A stretch of 64,000 bases of DNA from the IMG/VR virus record IMGVR_UViG_3300025120_010521, one strand, 5' to 3'. The notes under the pieces were generated by a model. The model made no database searches. It was not told the DNA's origin and worked only from the letters and a program-made list of their open reading frames with translations. Source of the stretch: a virus. Lineage: Duplodnaviria; Caudoviricetes. How positions within the stretch are numbered: the stretch's first letter is position 1; every line of letters begins with the position of its first letter. Below are positions 18,467 to 28,375 of the stretch, piece after piece. A program made the position numbers and the translations under genes.

Positions 18467-19216
18467 CTATCCAATAATTATACCAAGTGGGTCACCGCCG
18501 TCTGTATAGTTTCTTATTTCTTCTTCTAATCTATCCATTGACACCTGTGCTTCTGCTTTTAAGTCAGCGCCATTTAATGTAACGCCACCTTGAGCACCAG
18601 GTAACTGACCAAATTTTGATCTTGCTTCGCCTAACATCATTTTACATTGTGCAAGTGCATATTCTCTTATCCATGATTTTGCATAAGCGTCATCTAATAA
18701 AGTTTCGTCAGTACGTTTCATATATACTTGAAGTAATAATGTTTCGTCATTTCTTGGTCTTCTAACAATTGTTAGTTTTTTAGTTACTGTGTCCCAAGTA
18801 AAATTAATTTTATTACCAAACAACCTACCAATAGTTTCTTGATATTGACTAAATGCTTCCCAAGTAGTTAAGCCACCAATTCTTCCTGCTTGTAAAAAAT
18901 ACAAGTTAGTATATGCAATTTCAAATGGGTCAACATCAACACCTGATTGCTGGTCTGAACCTAAAGCACGTCTAAATGTTTCACGTACTTCAATTACTTC
19001 ATTTGGTAATGTATATTCATTTGTATCTTTTTGCATTTGTAAAAATAATGTTGACTCTTCGTTAGCATTTGACGATCTTTGTCTAAATCTATCAAACGCC
19101 ATGTCTAATCCCTGATTATAATGTTTAGGGTCAAGTTCAACATCAACCATACCATCACCAAGTAGGTTACGCATATCATTAATAATTTTATCTCTATTTG
19201 ATTTCTCTTTGGCCAT
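18467..19216 (-). CDS. 13: Neck protein, T4 gp13-like
   Basis: LGDGMVDVELD, YTLPNEVIEV, WIREYALAQCKMMLGEARSKF, GGVTLNG. Confidence 0.8.
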   Translation of the reverse strand: MAKEKSNRDKIINDMRNLLGDGMVDVELDPKHYNQGLDMAFDRFRQRSSNANEESTLFLQMQKDTNEYTLPNEVIEVRETFRRALGSDQQSGVDVDPFEIAYTNLYFLQAGRIGGLTTWEAFSQYQETIGRLFGNKINFTWDTVTKKLTIVRRPRNDETLLLQVYMKRTDETLLDDAYAKSWIREYALAQCKMMLGEARSKFGQLPGAQGGVTLNGADLKAEAQVSMDRLEEEIRNYTDGGDPLGIIIG

Positions 19217-19245
19217 TTTAATATCCTATACTTGTATTTATTTTA

Positions 19246-20184
19246 TTATTGAAAAATACGGACTAGTACAGTTTCTTTATTTAGACGTCCGTTAAGTTTA
19301 GTTTCAGTAGTAGATAGTGCGTTAAAGGTGTTCTTAATCGCTTGTAAACCGCCCGCATTTAGCTTTTCCAGTACTTCTTGGGGTTTACGTACTGTTTTCT
19401 GTAAAGCCGTGCTTAGATCGTAATTTAACAGGGTTGTGCCTTTTAATGTTAAACCGTGGTGTTTATGTGTAGCTTCATATATACCCATTTTCCTGTTTTT
19501 AGTATTGAATACTATAACTGCTGAGCATCCAGGTAGATTAATAGGCTGTTCTGATACTAGTTTAAGATCTTTATCTTCTGCTTTGTATTTTACTTTAGCG
19601 GCCATTTTTTCTTTTGATGGTGGCTTATATTTTCGTGGTTTACGTTGTTTCTTTTTATTTGCTTCCCACAATTCACAATCTTTATAAACACGTTCCCACC
19701 ATGCAATATGCTGTTTCATTTCAACTTTTGAATACGATTCAAAACTTTCAACATAGTCTTGTTGTTCATCTGTACGTTCGCTTTGTTTAATGTCTCTATA
19801 TTTTAATCCTTTTGATTCTTCGTCTATATAGACATCAATCTGTTGTTTTAACATTTTCATAAAAGCACCTGGTATATCATTAGCAAGGAAATAATTGTAT
19901 GCTTTAAATTTCTTATGATCACCATTTCTAGCCCATACATGTTCAAATTCGTCATCAATATCACCAATAATATACAGCAATCGCTTATGCATACGGTCTT
20001 GAATTGACGGTCGTTTTGGCTTTTCTTCAACTACTTCTGCTTCTGCAGGTAGTTCTTTAACTGGTTCTAGTTCATCAGACTGCTCAACTACCTCAGACTT
20101 AATTGGGCTACTATCTTCATCTAACCGCCTTAGAAAGTCAGGTATGTCCAGTAAGTTGTTATCTTTCACGTTTTTCTTCTCCAT
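19246..20184 (-). CDS. Conserved hypothetical phage protein
   Basis: 312 aa; C-terminal VFNTKNRKMGIY...KGTTL...QKTVRKP motif; sigma70-type promoter upstream. Confidence 0.55.
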   Translation of the reverse strand: MEKKNVKDNNLLDIPDFLRRLDEDSSPIKSEVVEQSDELEPVKELPAEAEVVEEKPKRPSIQDRMHKRLLYIIGDIDDEFEHVWARNGDHKKFKAYNYFLANDIPGAFMKMLKQQIDVYIDEESKGLKYRDIKQSERTDEQQDYVESFESYSKVEMKQHIAWWERVYKDCELWEANKKKQRKPRKYKPPSKEKMAAKVKYKAEDKDLKLVSEQPINLPGCSAVIVFNTKNRKMGIYEATHKHHGLTLKGTTLLNYDLSTALQKTVRKPQEVLEKLNAGGLQAIKNTFNALSTTETKLNGRLNKETVLVRIFQ

Positions 20185-20201
20185 ACTGCTATATATACAT
20201 C

Positions 20202-20229
20202 ATTATACATAATTCGCTAGTTTTGTCAA
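20202..20229 (-). promoter_or_regulatory. Sigma70-type promoter
   Basis: TTGACA-N16-TATAAT; back-to-back with the plus-strand late promoter TAAATA at 20242-20247. Confidence 0.6.
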
Positions 20230-20268
20230 TCTTTAGTTGAATAAATACTTACATAAAAGGATATTGAT

Positions 20269-22107
20269 ATGCCACGACTCAGCTTATGGAAACCACAAAA
20301 GGGTAATGATTACAAGATGATTGACCGGGTGATCCGCGAACATTTTAATGTTGGTGGAACTGGTGTATTCATACATAAGTACCTTGGTCCACATGCTCAA
20401 GCAAATACTACAGATAGTACACAGCCTGATAATTCAGTAGTACGTCCAACTAACATACAAGACCTATTATTTTTAGAAAATAGAGATCGTAAGTATGATG
20501 CTGATGTATATGACATGCGTGGAGTATATCAAGTACAAGATTCAGATTTTGATTTAACACAATTTGGTGCATTTTTATCTAACGATACTATCTATATGAC
20601 ATTTCATATAAATGATATGATTGATATATTAGGTAGAAAGTTAATGAGTGGTGATGTATTAGAATTACCACATCAACGTGATGACACAATGTTAGACATG
20701 GCACGTTTAGAGTTTACCACAAAGCCAGCAAAAAAATTTAGAAAAGGCGAAACTATAACAGGTGCAACAAGTGGTACAACAGGTACTGTAGTAAATTATA
20801 ATCATAATGCAAAAGTTTTAAGAATGGTTACCGACGGAGACTTTACAGTTGGCGAAACTATTACTGGTACATCAAGTACAGCAACAGGTGACGTTTCAGC
20901 TTACTATCCAGAAGGTCCACAAGCTATTAATAGATACTATGTTGTTGAAGACGCCGCAAGAGGTTCAGAAGGTTATTCACCAACTTGGTATCCACACATT
21001 TGGAGAATTAAATGTACTCCACTAACAGACAGTCCAGAGTTTTCAGATATACTTGGTACTGGTGAACAAAAAGATGATTTAAAGAATTTAATTTCAACAT
21101 ACCAATCAGAAATTGATATTAGTGAAGCTGTTGTTAATCAGGCACAAAATGAAGTTCCTAAAAAAGGATACGAAACTGCACACTTATATGTAAACAAAGC
21201 TGATCAATTTATTCCTGGTAACGTTTATGCACATTGGCAAACTAACATAGCATCATTTAAACTTTACGAATCAACAGATACAAATTGGCAAGCATTTGAT
21301 TACTTTGTTAGTTCAACGGCTCCAACTGCTAATTATAAAAATGGCGACTATTGGTTAGATACAACAAGTACTAACTGGGGACTTTATGTTGGTAACGGTA
21401 CTGTATGGAATAGTCAAACTGTATCAATTGTTGACTCAGCAAATATTGACGGAAGTACCAAGTCACCAATATCATCATATGTTCCATCAACTGATTATGC
21501 TATAGTAGTTTCAGATAGAAATGTTGGTGCATCTTATTTCAAAAAAGTTACAAACGGTTCATGGATAAAAATTGCAACTGACTCAACTACTGTAGGACTA
21601 CTTGGTGTTGACGTTGCTATTAATACTACACAACCTTCAACAAATACAGCTGGAAAAATTTGGTGGAAAACTAATACAACAAATGGATTAAATGTTTCAT
21701 TTAAAAAATATTCATCAACTACTGATAGTTGGGTTACACAAGATATTAGTTTACACTCAAGCCAAGATTCGGCTAATAATGCATTTGGATTTAGTAATAA
21801 AGTCGGCGTACATGCTGGATCAGGTAAACCACCAAACGGTATTGCAATAGCACATACAGGTTCAAGTTTCCCTGCTTCATTAAATGATGGCGATTATATA
21901 TTACGTACTGATTATGAGCCAAGCAGATTATTTAAGAAAGTTGGTAACAGATTTATTAGAATATCAGACGATCACAGAGGCACATACTCTGCGGCTAATA
22001 GAATATTAAATACATTTATTGAAAACTCTAGTTCTAATCCTAAAACAGCAGATGGAAAAGAACAACAAGGATTAAGTAAAGCAGTTAAACCTAGGACGGA
22101 CGTATAA
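20269..22107 (+). CDS. Neck/head-closure protein, gp14-like, with insertions
   Basis: MPRLSLWK, IQDLLFLENRDRKYD, DFDLTQFG, GRKLMSGDVLELPH, TWYPHIWRIKC; precedes the gp15-like gene. Confidence 0.65.
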   Translation: MPRLSLWKPQKGNDYKMIDRVIREHFNVGGTGVFIHKYLGPHAQANTTDSTQPDNSVVRPTNIQDLLFLENRDRKYDADVYDMRGVYQVQDSDFDLTQFGAFLSNDTIYMTFHINDMIDILGRKLMSGDVLELPHQRDDTMLDMARLEFTTKPAKKFRKGETITGATSGTTGTVVNYNHNAKVLRMVTDGDFTVGETITGTSSTATGDVSAYYPEGPQAINRYYVVEDAARGSEGYSPTWYPHIWRIKCTPLTDSPEFSDILGTGEQKDDLKNLISTYQSEIDISEAVVNQAQNEVPKKGYETAHLYVNKADQFIPGNVYAHWQTNIASFKLYESTDTNWQAFDYFVSSTAPTANYKNGDYWLDTTSTNWGLYVGNGTVWNSQTVSIVDSANIDGSTKSPISSYVPSTDYAIVVSDRNVGASYFKKVTNGSWIKIATDSTTVGLLGVDVAINTTQPSTNTAGKIWWKTNTTNGLNVSFKKYSSTTDSWVTQDISLHSSQDSANNAFGFSNKVGVHAGSGKPPNGIAIAHTGSSFPASLNDGDYILRTDYEPSRLFKKVGNRFIRISDDHRGTYSAANRILNTFIENSSSNPKTADGKEQQGLSKAVKPRTDV

Positions 22108-23480
22108 TGGCACAATTTTGGTATGATCAACAAATAAGAAGATACTTGTTACAGTTTGTACGTATCTTTAATGGATTCCAAGTACAAAGTGGTCAAAAAA
22201 ATGCAGGTGGAACATCATCGCAAGTTTATAAAACTGTACCAATGCGTTATGCAGATATGTCAAGAATGGTTGCACATGTACTACGTGGTAATACAGAAAA
22301 TGCACTAAACTCTACACCTTTTATGACTTGTAATGTAGCAAACTTAAATGTTGCTAGAGAACGAAGACATGATCCAAAATTAATTTCATCTCAGCAAATT
22401 CAAGAACGTAAATATGATTCTATGAACGATCAATATACTGCCGAACTTGGAAATACATATACTGTTGATAGATATATGCCAGTTCCTTATGATTTAACAA
22501 TTAACGTTGATGTATGGTGTTCAAATACAGAACAAAAATTACAATTACTAGAACAAATACTAACATTGTTTAATCCAACAGTAGAAATACAATCAAATAC
22601 AAATCCATTAGATTGGACAAATATTACAGTTGTTGAACTTATTGATATACAATGGTCGTCAAGATCTGTTCCACAAGGAGTTGATTCACAATTAGATATT
22701 GCAACACTTATTTTTCAAGTTCCAATTTGGATTAATCCACCGGCTAAAGTTAAGAAACAATCAATTATACATTCTATTATTAATAGAATACATTTAGACG
22801 ATAACTTATCTGATTTACAATATGACAAAGATATGCAAAACTTTTTTGATCAATTTAGTAATCTAGAAGAAATTGTTATTACACCACAAGATACACAAAT
22901 TGACGTAACTGGAAATACTATTAGTTTATTAAATGCTCATGGTATAAATGAAGGATATGAATGGAAAGAATTTTTTGAACAATACGGAGAATTCCAAGAA
23001 TCTACTTCAAAAATAAAATTAAGAAGATCATCAAATATAGAAGACTCAACTCAAGATATTGTTGGAACTATTGCTTATCACCCAACTAATGGTAACCAGT
23101 TAGTGTTTACAATTGATTCAGCTACATTACCAACTAATACAAAAACAGCTATATTAAAGATTGTTGACCCTCAAAAGAATTATCCAAATGATGGTACTCT
23201 TGCTGGACAACAAACCGGACAACGATATTTAATAATAAATGACATTGCAAAAAATTCTTCAAATTGGGGTACTTTAGAAGCATCAGCAAATGACATTATT
23301 CAATTTAATGGCACACAATGGGAAGTGTCATTTAATGCAACTGCTAATGGTTCAACTGTTCAGTATGTAACAAACAGTGCAACTAGCTATCAATATAAGT
23401 GGACAGGATCTGAATGGATTGACACTTATCAAGGTCAGTATCGTCCAGGTTATTGGATATTGAATTTAACTGGAACTTAA
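22107..23480 (+). CDS. 15: Tail sheath stabilizer/terminator, gp15-like
   Basis: FWYDQQIRRYLLQFVRIF, YMPVPYDL, QLLEQILTLFNP, LTFxVPIW-like end. Confidence 0.75.
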   Translation: MAQFWYDQQIRRYLLQFVRIFNGFQVQSGQKNAGGTSSQVYKTVPMRYADMSRMVAHVLRGNTENALNSTPFMTCNVANLNVARERRHDPKLISSQQIQERKYDSMNDQYTAELGNTYTVDRYMPVPYDLTINVDVWCSNTEQKLQLLEQILTLFNPTVEIQSNTNPLDWTNITVVELIDIQWSSRSVPQGVDSQLDIATLIFQVPIWINPPAKVKKQSIIHSIINRIHLDDNLSDLQYDKDMQNFFDQFSNLEEIVITPQDTQIDVTGNTISLLNAHGINEGYEWKEFFEQYGEFQESTSKIKLRRSSNIEDSTQDIVGTIAYHPTNGNQLVFTIDSATLPTNTKTAILKIVDPQKNYPNDGTLAGQQTGQRYLIINDIAKNSSNWGTLEASANDIIQFNGTQWEVSFNATANGSTVQYVTNSATSYQYKWTGSEWIDTYQGQYRPGYWILNLTGT

Positions 23481-23516
23481 TTGACTAAAGCATAATTGTG
23501 TGCTATAAATAAACTT

Positions 23517-23939
23517 ATGTATGATGCTGTAGGTACAACTTTTTTATCCCAAGATACAAAAAAATTCTGTTTAAATAAAAGATCAAAAGAAGTAAGTAAT
23601 CCTGACACTTGGAGTTTTTGGGGTGGTAAAGTTGAACGTGGCGAAACTGTTATAGGTGCATTAAAAAGAGAGATTCAAGAAGAAATAGGATTTGTTCCTA
23701 AAATTGTAAAAATACATCCATTGGACATTTATCAAAGTATTGATGGACATTTTATGTATCATACTTTTGTTATTGTTACACCAACAGAATTTGAGCCAAA
23801 CATAAACTACGAGTCGCAAGATTATAGCTGGTCAGAAATAAACAAGCTCCCAGCACCATTACACCAAGGTGCTAAAAAAACATTGTTAGATAAAAACAAT
23901 GTTAAAAAACTACAGTTAATAGTAAATAGTATTAGCTAG
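23517..23939 (+). CDS. Nudix hydrolase; start reassigned from 23496 to 23517
   Basis: Nudix box GGKVERGETVIGALKREIQEEIG; TATAAATA-AACTT-ATG upstream. Confidence 0.88.
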   Translation: MYDAVGTTFLSQDTKKFCLNKRSKEVSNPDTWSFWGGKVERGETVIGALKREIQEEIGFVPKIVKIHPLDIYQSIDGHFMYHTFVIVTPTEFEPNINYESQDYSWSEINKLPAPLHQGAKKTLLDKNNVKKLQLIVNSIS

Positions 23940-23972
23940 TATTATTGAAAATAACTATATAAGGTAAGAACA

Positions 23973-24644
23973 TTGTCACGTATTATTAATTTTAACCAGG
24001 CAAAAATTGCACACTCTTTTGAACAATTTGCAAAAGACGGTGTTATCACTGATGATATTTTAGAAAATATTGATTCAAAATTTCATTTCCAGAGTGATAT
24101 CGATGATGTGTTAGAAGAATATTCTAATAAAGATAAAAAAAAGTTTTTTAATATACTACTTGAAATAAAAGAAGCAGTAAAGCAGATGACCAGCCAAGAA
24201 AATATGGATATTCGTTTTGAACTTGAAGATGAATATTTTAATTTAATACAAAATTTAGAAACAAATAATGCAAAGTATAAGATACCTTCAATACTAATAA
24301 AATATCGAAAAGATATTAACCCTATTCGTGCATTAAAATTTGAACTACAAGAAATTATGTCAATGTATACAGTTGAAGATGATTATCACTTATGGCTAAT
24401 AAAAGAATTTAAAAAAGAAGAAAAAATAAAAGAAATTATGTTTTGTGTTAAAAACGATATTATAAAAATTATTGAAATGCAAAAAAAATTTAAGAATGCA
24501 AAAAAGAAATATTCATACTTTGTATTACCAATGAGCTATTACCATTGTATTGAGATGGAAACTGATATGGTTAAATGGATTAAAACTTTACAAGAATTTT
24601 TAGTGTGGAGTACACAAGATGATATTAAAAAACGCTACGATTAA
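23973..24644 (+). CDS. Hypothetical protein
   Basis: 223 aa helical ORF with TTG start. Confidence 0.5.
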   Translation: MSRIINFNQAKIAHSFEQFAKDGVITDDILENIDSKFHFQSDIDDVLEEYSNKDKKKFFNILLEIKEAVKQMTSQENMDIRFELEDEYFNLIQNLETNNAKYKIPSILIKYRKDINPIRALKFELQEIMSMYTVEDDYHLWLIKEFKKEEKIKEIMFCVKNDIIKIIEMQKKFKNAKKKYSYFVLPMSYYHCIEMETDMVKWIKTLQEFLVWSTQDDIKKRYD

Positions 24645-27088
24645 ACAACAATATTAATTAATTTAATACCACTATCGTTATTATCTTCTAAAGACTTACC
24701 AATTACACAAAATCCTGGAGGAGTTGGACTATCATCTGTTAGTGTACATGCTGTACCAGGAGTAACATTTGTTACAAGTACATCACCTTTTCTAACAGGT
24801 CCTTCTACTTTACAAGGAATTTTACCACGAAGTGCAACTGCTACACCATCTGCATCTTTATTCATTAAGTATGCTGGGTTTGTTGATACAACACCTGCAA
24901 CTCTTGAATCTTGTAATGCTCTACATTGTGTTACTTCTTTATCTCCGCCAAATACTAAAACTGTACCTGGTTCATAATTATCATCTGATGTGTATATCTC
25001 TGCCAAGTCAGCATATTTTGCCGTTGTTGCTGTTGCGTAAACTGTTCCTGCTTGTATATCTGCGTTTGCTGTTACTGTAATATTTGTTGCTGATTCACCA
25101 CTTGTTGTTGTAGTAGCAATCCATCTATCTGTTGTTTCATCCCAGAACCATGCCGCATTATTTTCTGATGATCCACGTTGTACCATAACACCTGCATCGT
25201 TAGTATTATTTGCTGGTTGTGTATCATGTTTGTTTAATAATATAATGGGATCTTCAACGGCCATATTTTGTACGTCCATTGTTGTTGCTGTACCCATAAC
25301 TGTTAAGTCAGCATTGATGTTTACATTACCTGAACCATTTGGTGTTAAATTAATATCACCGTTAGCTGAAGTTGTAATATTAATAACAGCACCTGTGATA
25401 GCATTACCATTAACATCCAATGACCCGCCAAGTTGTGGAGTAGTGTCTTCTACTATGTCAACTATTCCATCTTCATAGTTGTCATCTGCTATTACCCAAG
25501 CACTACCATTGTATTTTAAAATTTTGTTTGTTGCTACACCAGTTGTGGTAACATCTGATAAATCGTTTAACGACATCAAACCAGTTGCATCTGAGTTTAC
25601 CCAAGCACTACCGTTGTATTTTAAAATTTGATTAGTAGTTAATGACCCAATTGTTGTGTCCGTTAGTGTTGAAACTGTATGATTTGTTGGTGTCCACGTT
25701 GACCCATTATATTGTAAAATTTGGTTTGTTGATACTCCAGATGTATTAACATCAGTTAGTTCATTTAATGTATCAATTAAGTTTGTTCTAAATTCAATTG
25801 CTGAAGCATTTACATCACTTACTGTTATATCAACTGTACCTGCTGTCATTCTAGCAACTGCAATTTTGTATTCTACTGCACCTGTTGATCCCATATTACT
25901 ATTATCAGCAATAGAAAATGTATACGTGTTACCTTGATAACCTGATGTTTCTACTTTGTGTATTGCACCTGCTTTATTACCTGATGATCCGTTCCATGTA
26001 AAACTTTGACTCCATCCATAAGCTGAACCTTCAACACTTTTTAATACATAAAATCTTAATGGTGTGTTTACTGGATTTACAGTTGGCATATCCATTGTAA
26101 ATGTAATTAATGTAGTTGCTGATGCATCAACACCTGCTAAAGTTAATGTTGCTAAAGTTGTTGTTGCTGACGGATCTGTAGTGTTAACTGTAATTGTTCC
26201 CGGTGACGTTGCTGATATTGTGTGATTTGCAATTGCAACTGCTGGAGAAGTTGGAACAAAATTTGCGCCATTCCAAGCAAGATAATTTCCTGATGCAATA
26301 CTACTAGTATCAACATCTGACAATTGGTTCATTGCCATTAAATTGTTTGTGTCTGTGTTGACCCATTTACTTGCACTACTGTTATATTTTAATATCTCAT
26401 TATTAGAAACACTTGTAATTGTCGTATCTGTTAATAACTCCACAGTAGTTACGTCTGAACTTGGTTCCCATCTCGAATTTGAAGTACTCCATTTTAAAAT
26501 TTGTCCATTGTTTGGAGCAGTATTGTGAACGTTTGATAAATCACCAATTGTTGCATTGGCAATACGTGCATCTGCTAGTGCGTTTGTAAAAAATTTGTTA
26601 GCACCTTCTGTAATATGATCTGTTGTACCAGGTATTGTTAATACACCTGTACTATTGTTATATGCTTGTGAGCCTGCTGTGCCTAAACTAATGGCCGCTC
26701 TTGATCTTGCATCTGTGTAATATAAATTACCACTTTCTGGAAGGTCTGCTGTTGATATTTGATTAGCACCTGTACCAAAATCAATCATAGTATCGTCAAT
26801 TGAATTTGCCGCTATACTAATTGTACCTGAAATAGTGCCAGTTGTTGTTAAATTTTTATTGCCTAAATCCCAGCCACTTGTTTTGTAAACTAAACTTGCT
26901 ACATTAGATCCACCTGATTCAATAACAATACCTGATCCGTTTGAATCAAGTGTTCCACCTTTGTTTAGAATAATTCTGTTATCTTTTATTTCAGTATCTG
27001 TTGATGTTGTTGTAATTTGTGATCCGGATACTTTTAAATTACCGGTTACAACTAAATCTTCTGCACTAATAATAGTTTGATCTGCCAT
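24641..27088 (-). CDS. Tail fibre/appendage-like protein with C-terminal chaperone-like domain
   Basis: Six L.D........N.IL.YN.S.W repeats, DTTPQLGG.LDVNG motif, C-terminal KYADLAEIY...YEPGTVL...VALRGKIPCKV; GGAG SD supports ATG at 27088. Confidence 0.7.
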   Translation of the reverse strand: MADQTIISAEDLVVTGNLKVSGSQITTTSTDTEIKDNRIILNKGGTLDSNGSGIVIESGGSNVASLVYKTSGWDLGNKNLTTTGTISGTISIAANSIDDTMIDFGTGANQISTADLPESGNLYYTDARSRAAISLGTAGSQAYNNSTGVLTIPGTTDHITEGANKFFTNALADARIANATIGDLSNVHNTAPNNGQILKWSTSNSRWEPSSDVTTVELLTDTTITSVSNNEILKYNSSASKWVNTDTNNLMAMNQLSDVDTSSIASGNYLAWNGANFVPTSPAVAIANHTISATSPGTITVNTTDPSATTTLATLTLAGVDASATTLITFTMDMPTVNPVNTPLRFYVLKSVEGSAYGWSQSFTWNGSSGNKAGAIHKVETSGYQGNTYTFSIADNSNMGSTGAVEYKIAVARMTAGTVDITVSDVNASAIEFRTNLIDTLNELTDVNTSGVSTNQILQYNGSTWTPTNHTVSTLTDTTIGSLTTNQILKYNGSAWVNSDATGLMSLNDLSDVTTTGVATNKILKYNGSAWVIADDNYEDGIVDIVEDTTPQLGGSLDVNGNAITGAVINITTSANGDINLTPNGSGNVNINADLTVMGTATTMDVQNMAVEDPIILLNKHDTQPANNTNDAGVMVQRGSSENNAAWFWDETTDRWIATTTTSGESATNITVTANADIQAGTVYATATTAKYADLAEIYTSDDNYEPGTVLVFGGDKEVTQCRALQDSRVAGVVSTNPAYLMNKDADGVAVALRGKIPCKVEGPVRKGDVLVTNVTPGTACTLTDDSPTPPGFCVIGKSLEDNNDSGIKLINIVV

Positions 27089-27149
27089 GCTTTGCTCCAA
27101 TATGTATTACTATTATTTAGCAGATTTGGCCAATTTATAATATGTGTAG

Positions 27150-27185
27150 TCAAGGGAAACCCCGGAATAACCCGGGGTTTCTTGA
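27150..27185. terminator. Terminator after the major capsid gene
   Basis: GAAACCCCGG-aataac-CCGGGGTTTC, 10-bp stem. Confidence 0.8.
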
Positions 27186-27204
27186 TTTAAAAACGTATAA
27201 TTTA

Positions 27205-28374
27205 TTAGATAAATGTTACGTTTGAAATATCAATTTTTGATAGGTAGTCTGCTGAATTACCAAGTGATGATGCAGTGTTTGTTAACTCTACATAACCGTA
27301 TCTTGTCATAAAGCTCACTACTGGTTCAAAAGTTGACGGATCCACAATAACGCCTGATGACATTAGTGGGATGTACGGACAATAAAATGCCGCCGCGTCT
27401 ACTTCACCAGCACCTTTGTAACCTACTAATACTGGAGAATCATCTACCAAGTATGAGTTTACATATACTCTCATAGCGCCGTTTAATGTACCAACAAATT
27501 TAGTGTTAGTAGGTGCTTCAAAAGTACCTTCAGTTGTTCTTGCGAACGCTGAAGTTGTCGCTGATTGTAATACAGTCAAAGCCTGTGGAGAAACTACAGC
27601 CCAGTTAGCCGCGCCTCTTCTAGTTCTTTGAGCGATTAAATTAGCTTCTCTGTTAATAGCTACAGCCAATGCCGCATGTTCGTCACCCACGAAAGTTGGT
27701 GTACCTGTTGCGTTTGATTGGTTGAAAGCCGTTCCAGCTGGTGCTAATGATGTAAGTGAACCAAGAATTTCTTGGTCGATTTCAGCAGTAATTTCTTGTG
27801 CTAAAGCCGCCATTACTTCTGCTTCTACATCTAAACCATGCATTGCTGATGCGTCTTGTGCCGCTTCAAATGTCCAACGTGCTGATAGCTTTCTTGTTTT
27901 AGCTTCAACTGTTTGTTTTAAGATTTGAATTGACATTTTGTTACCAGCTTCACCTTCTAAAGATGAAGTTGATGTTCCAGCTGGTACTGATTGTGTACCT
28001 GAACCTGGATTTGCTGAGTAAGATCTTGCAATCTCAAAAGGTGATAGTGCTTCAGAACCTGCTGTTACACCGTCTTTTGCGTCTGAGTATCTAACTCTTA
28101 ATGTGTGAATTTGACCTACTGGGCCAGTCATTGGCTGAACACCAACGATTTCGTTAGCGATAACTGTAGGCATTACACGTCTGATTATTGGAAGAATTAC
28201 TTTGTTTAAAGCCGCTACGTTACCGGCACCTGTTGCGCCAGTTGTTGCCGCCTCAGCTAAGTATCTCTTTGTATTTTCAAGAACAGCGTCCATTGATTTT
28301 TTTCTTTGACCTGAAAGGCCTTCCATCAACGCACTTTTAGTATCTGTCCATTTTTCATTGATCATGTCTGTCAT
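27205..28374 (-). CDS. 23: Major capsid protein, T4 gp23-like
   Basis: IIRRVMPTVIANEIVGVQPMTGP, VEAKTRKLSARWTFE, EIDQEI, FYCPYIPL, MTRYG. Confidence 0.96.
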   Translation of the reverse strand: MTDMINEKWTDTKSALMEGLSGQRKKSMDAVLENTKRYLAEAATTGATGAGNVAALNKVILPIIRRVMPTVIANEIVGVQPMTGPVGQIHTLRVRYSDAKDGVTAGSEALSPFEIARSYSANPGSGTQSVPAGTSTSSLEGEAGNKMSIQILKQTVEAKTRKLSARWTFEAAQDASAMHGLDVEAEVMAALAQEITAEIDQEILGSLTSLAPAGTAFNQSNATGTPTFVGDEHAALAVAINREANLIAQRTRRGAANWAVVSPQALTVLQSATTSAFARTTEGTFEAPTNTKFVGTLNGAMRVYVNSYLVDDSPVLVGYKGAGEVDAAAFYCPYIPLMSSGVIVDPSTFEPVVSFMTRYGYVELTNTASSLGNSADYLSKIDISNVTFI

Positions 28375-28375
28375 T

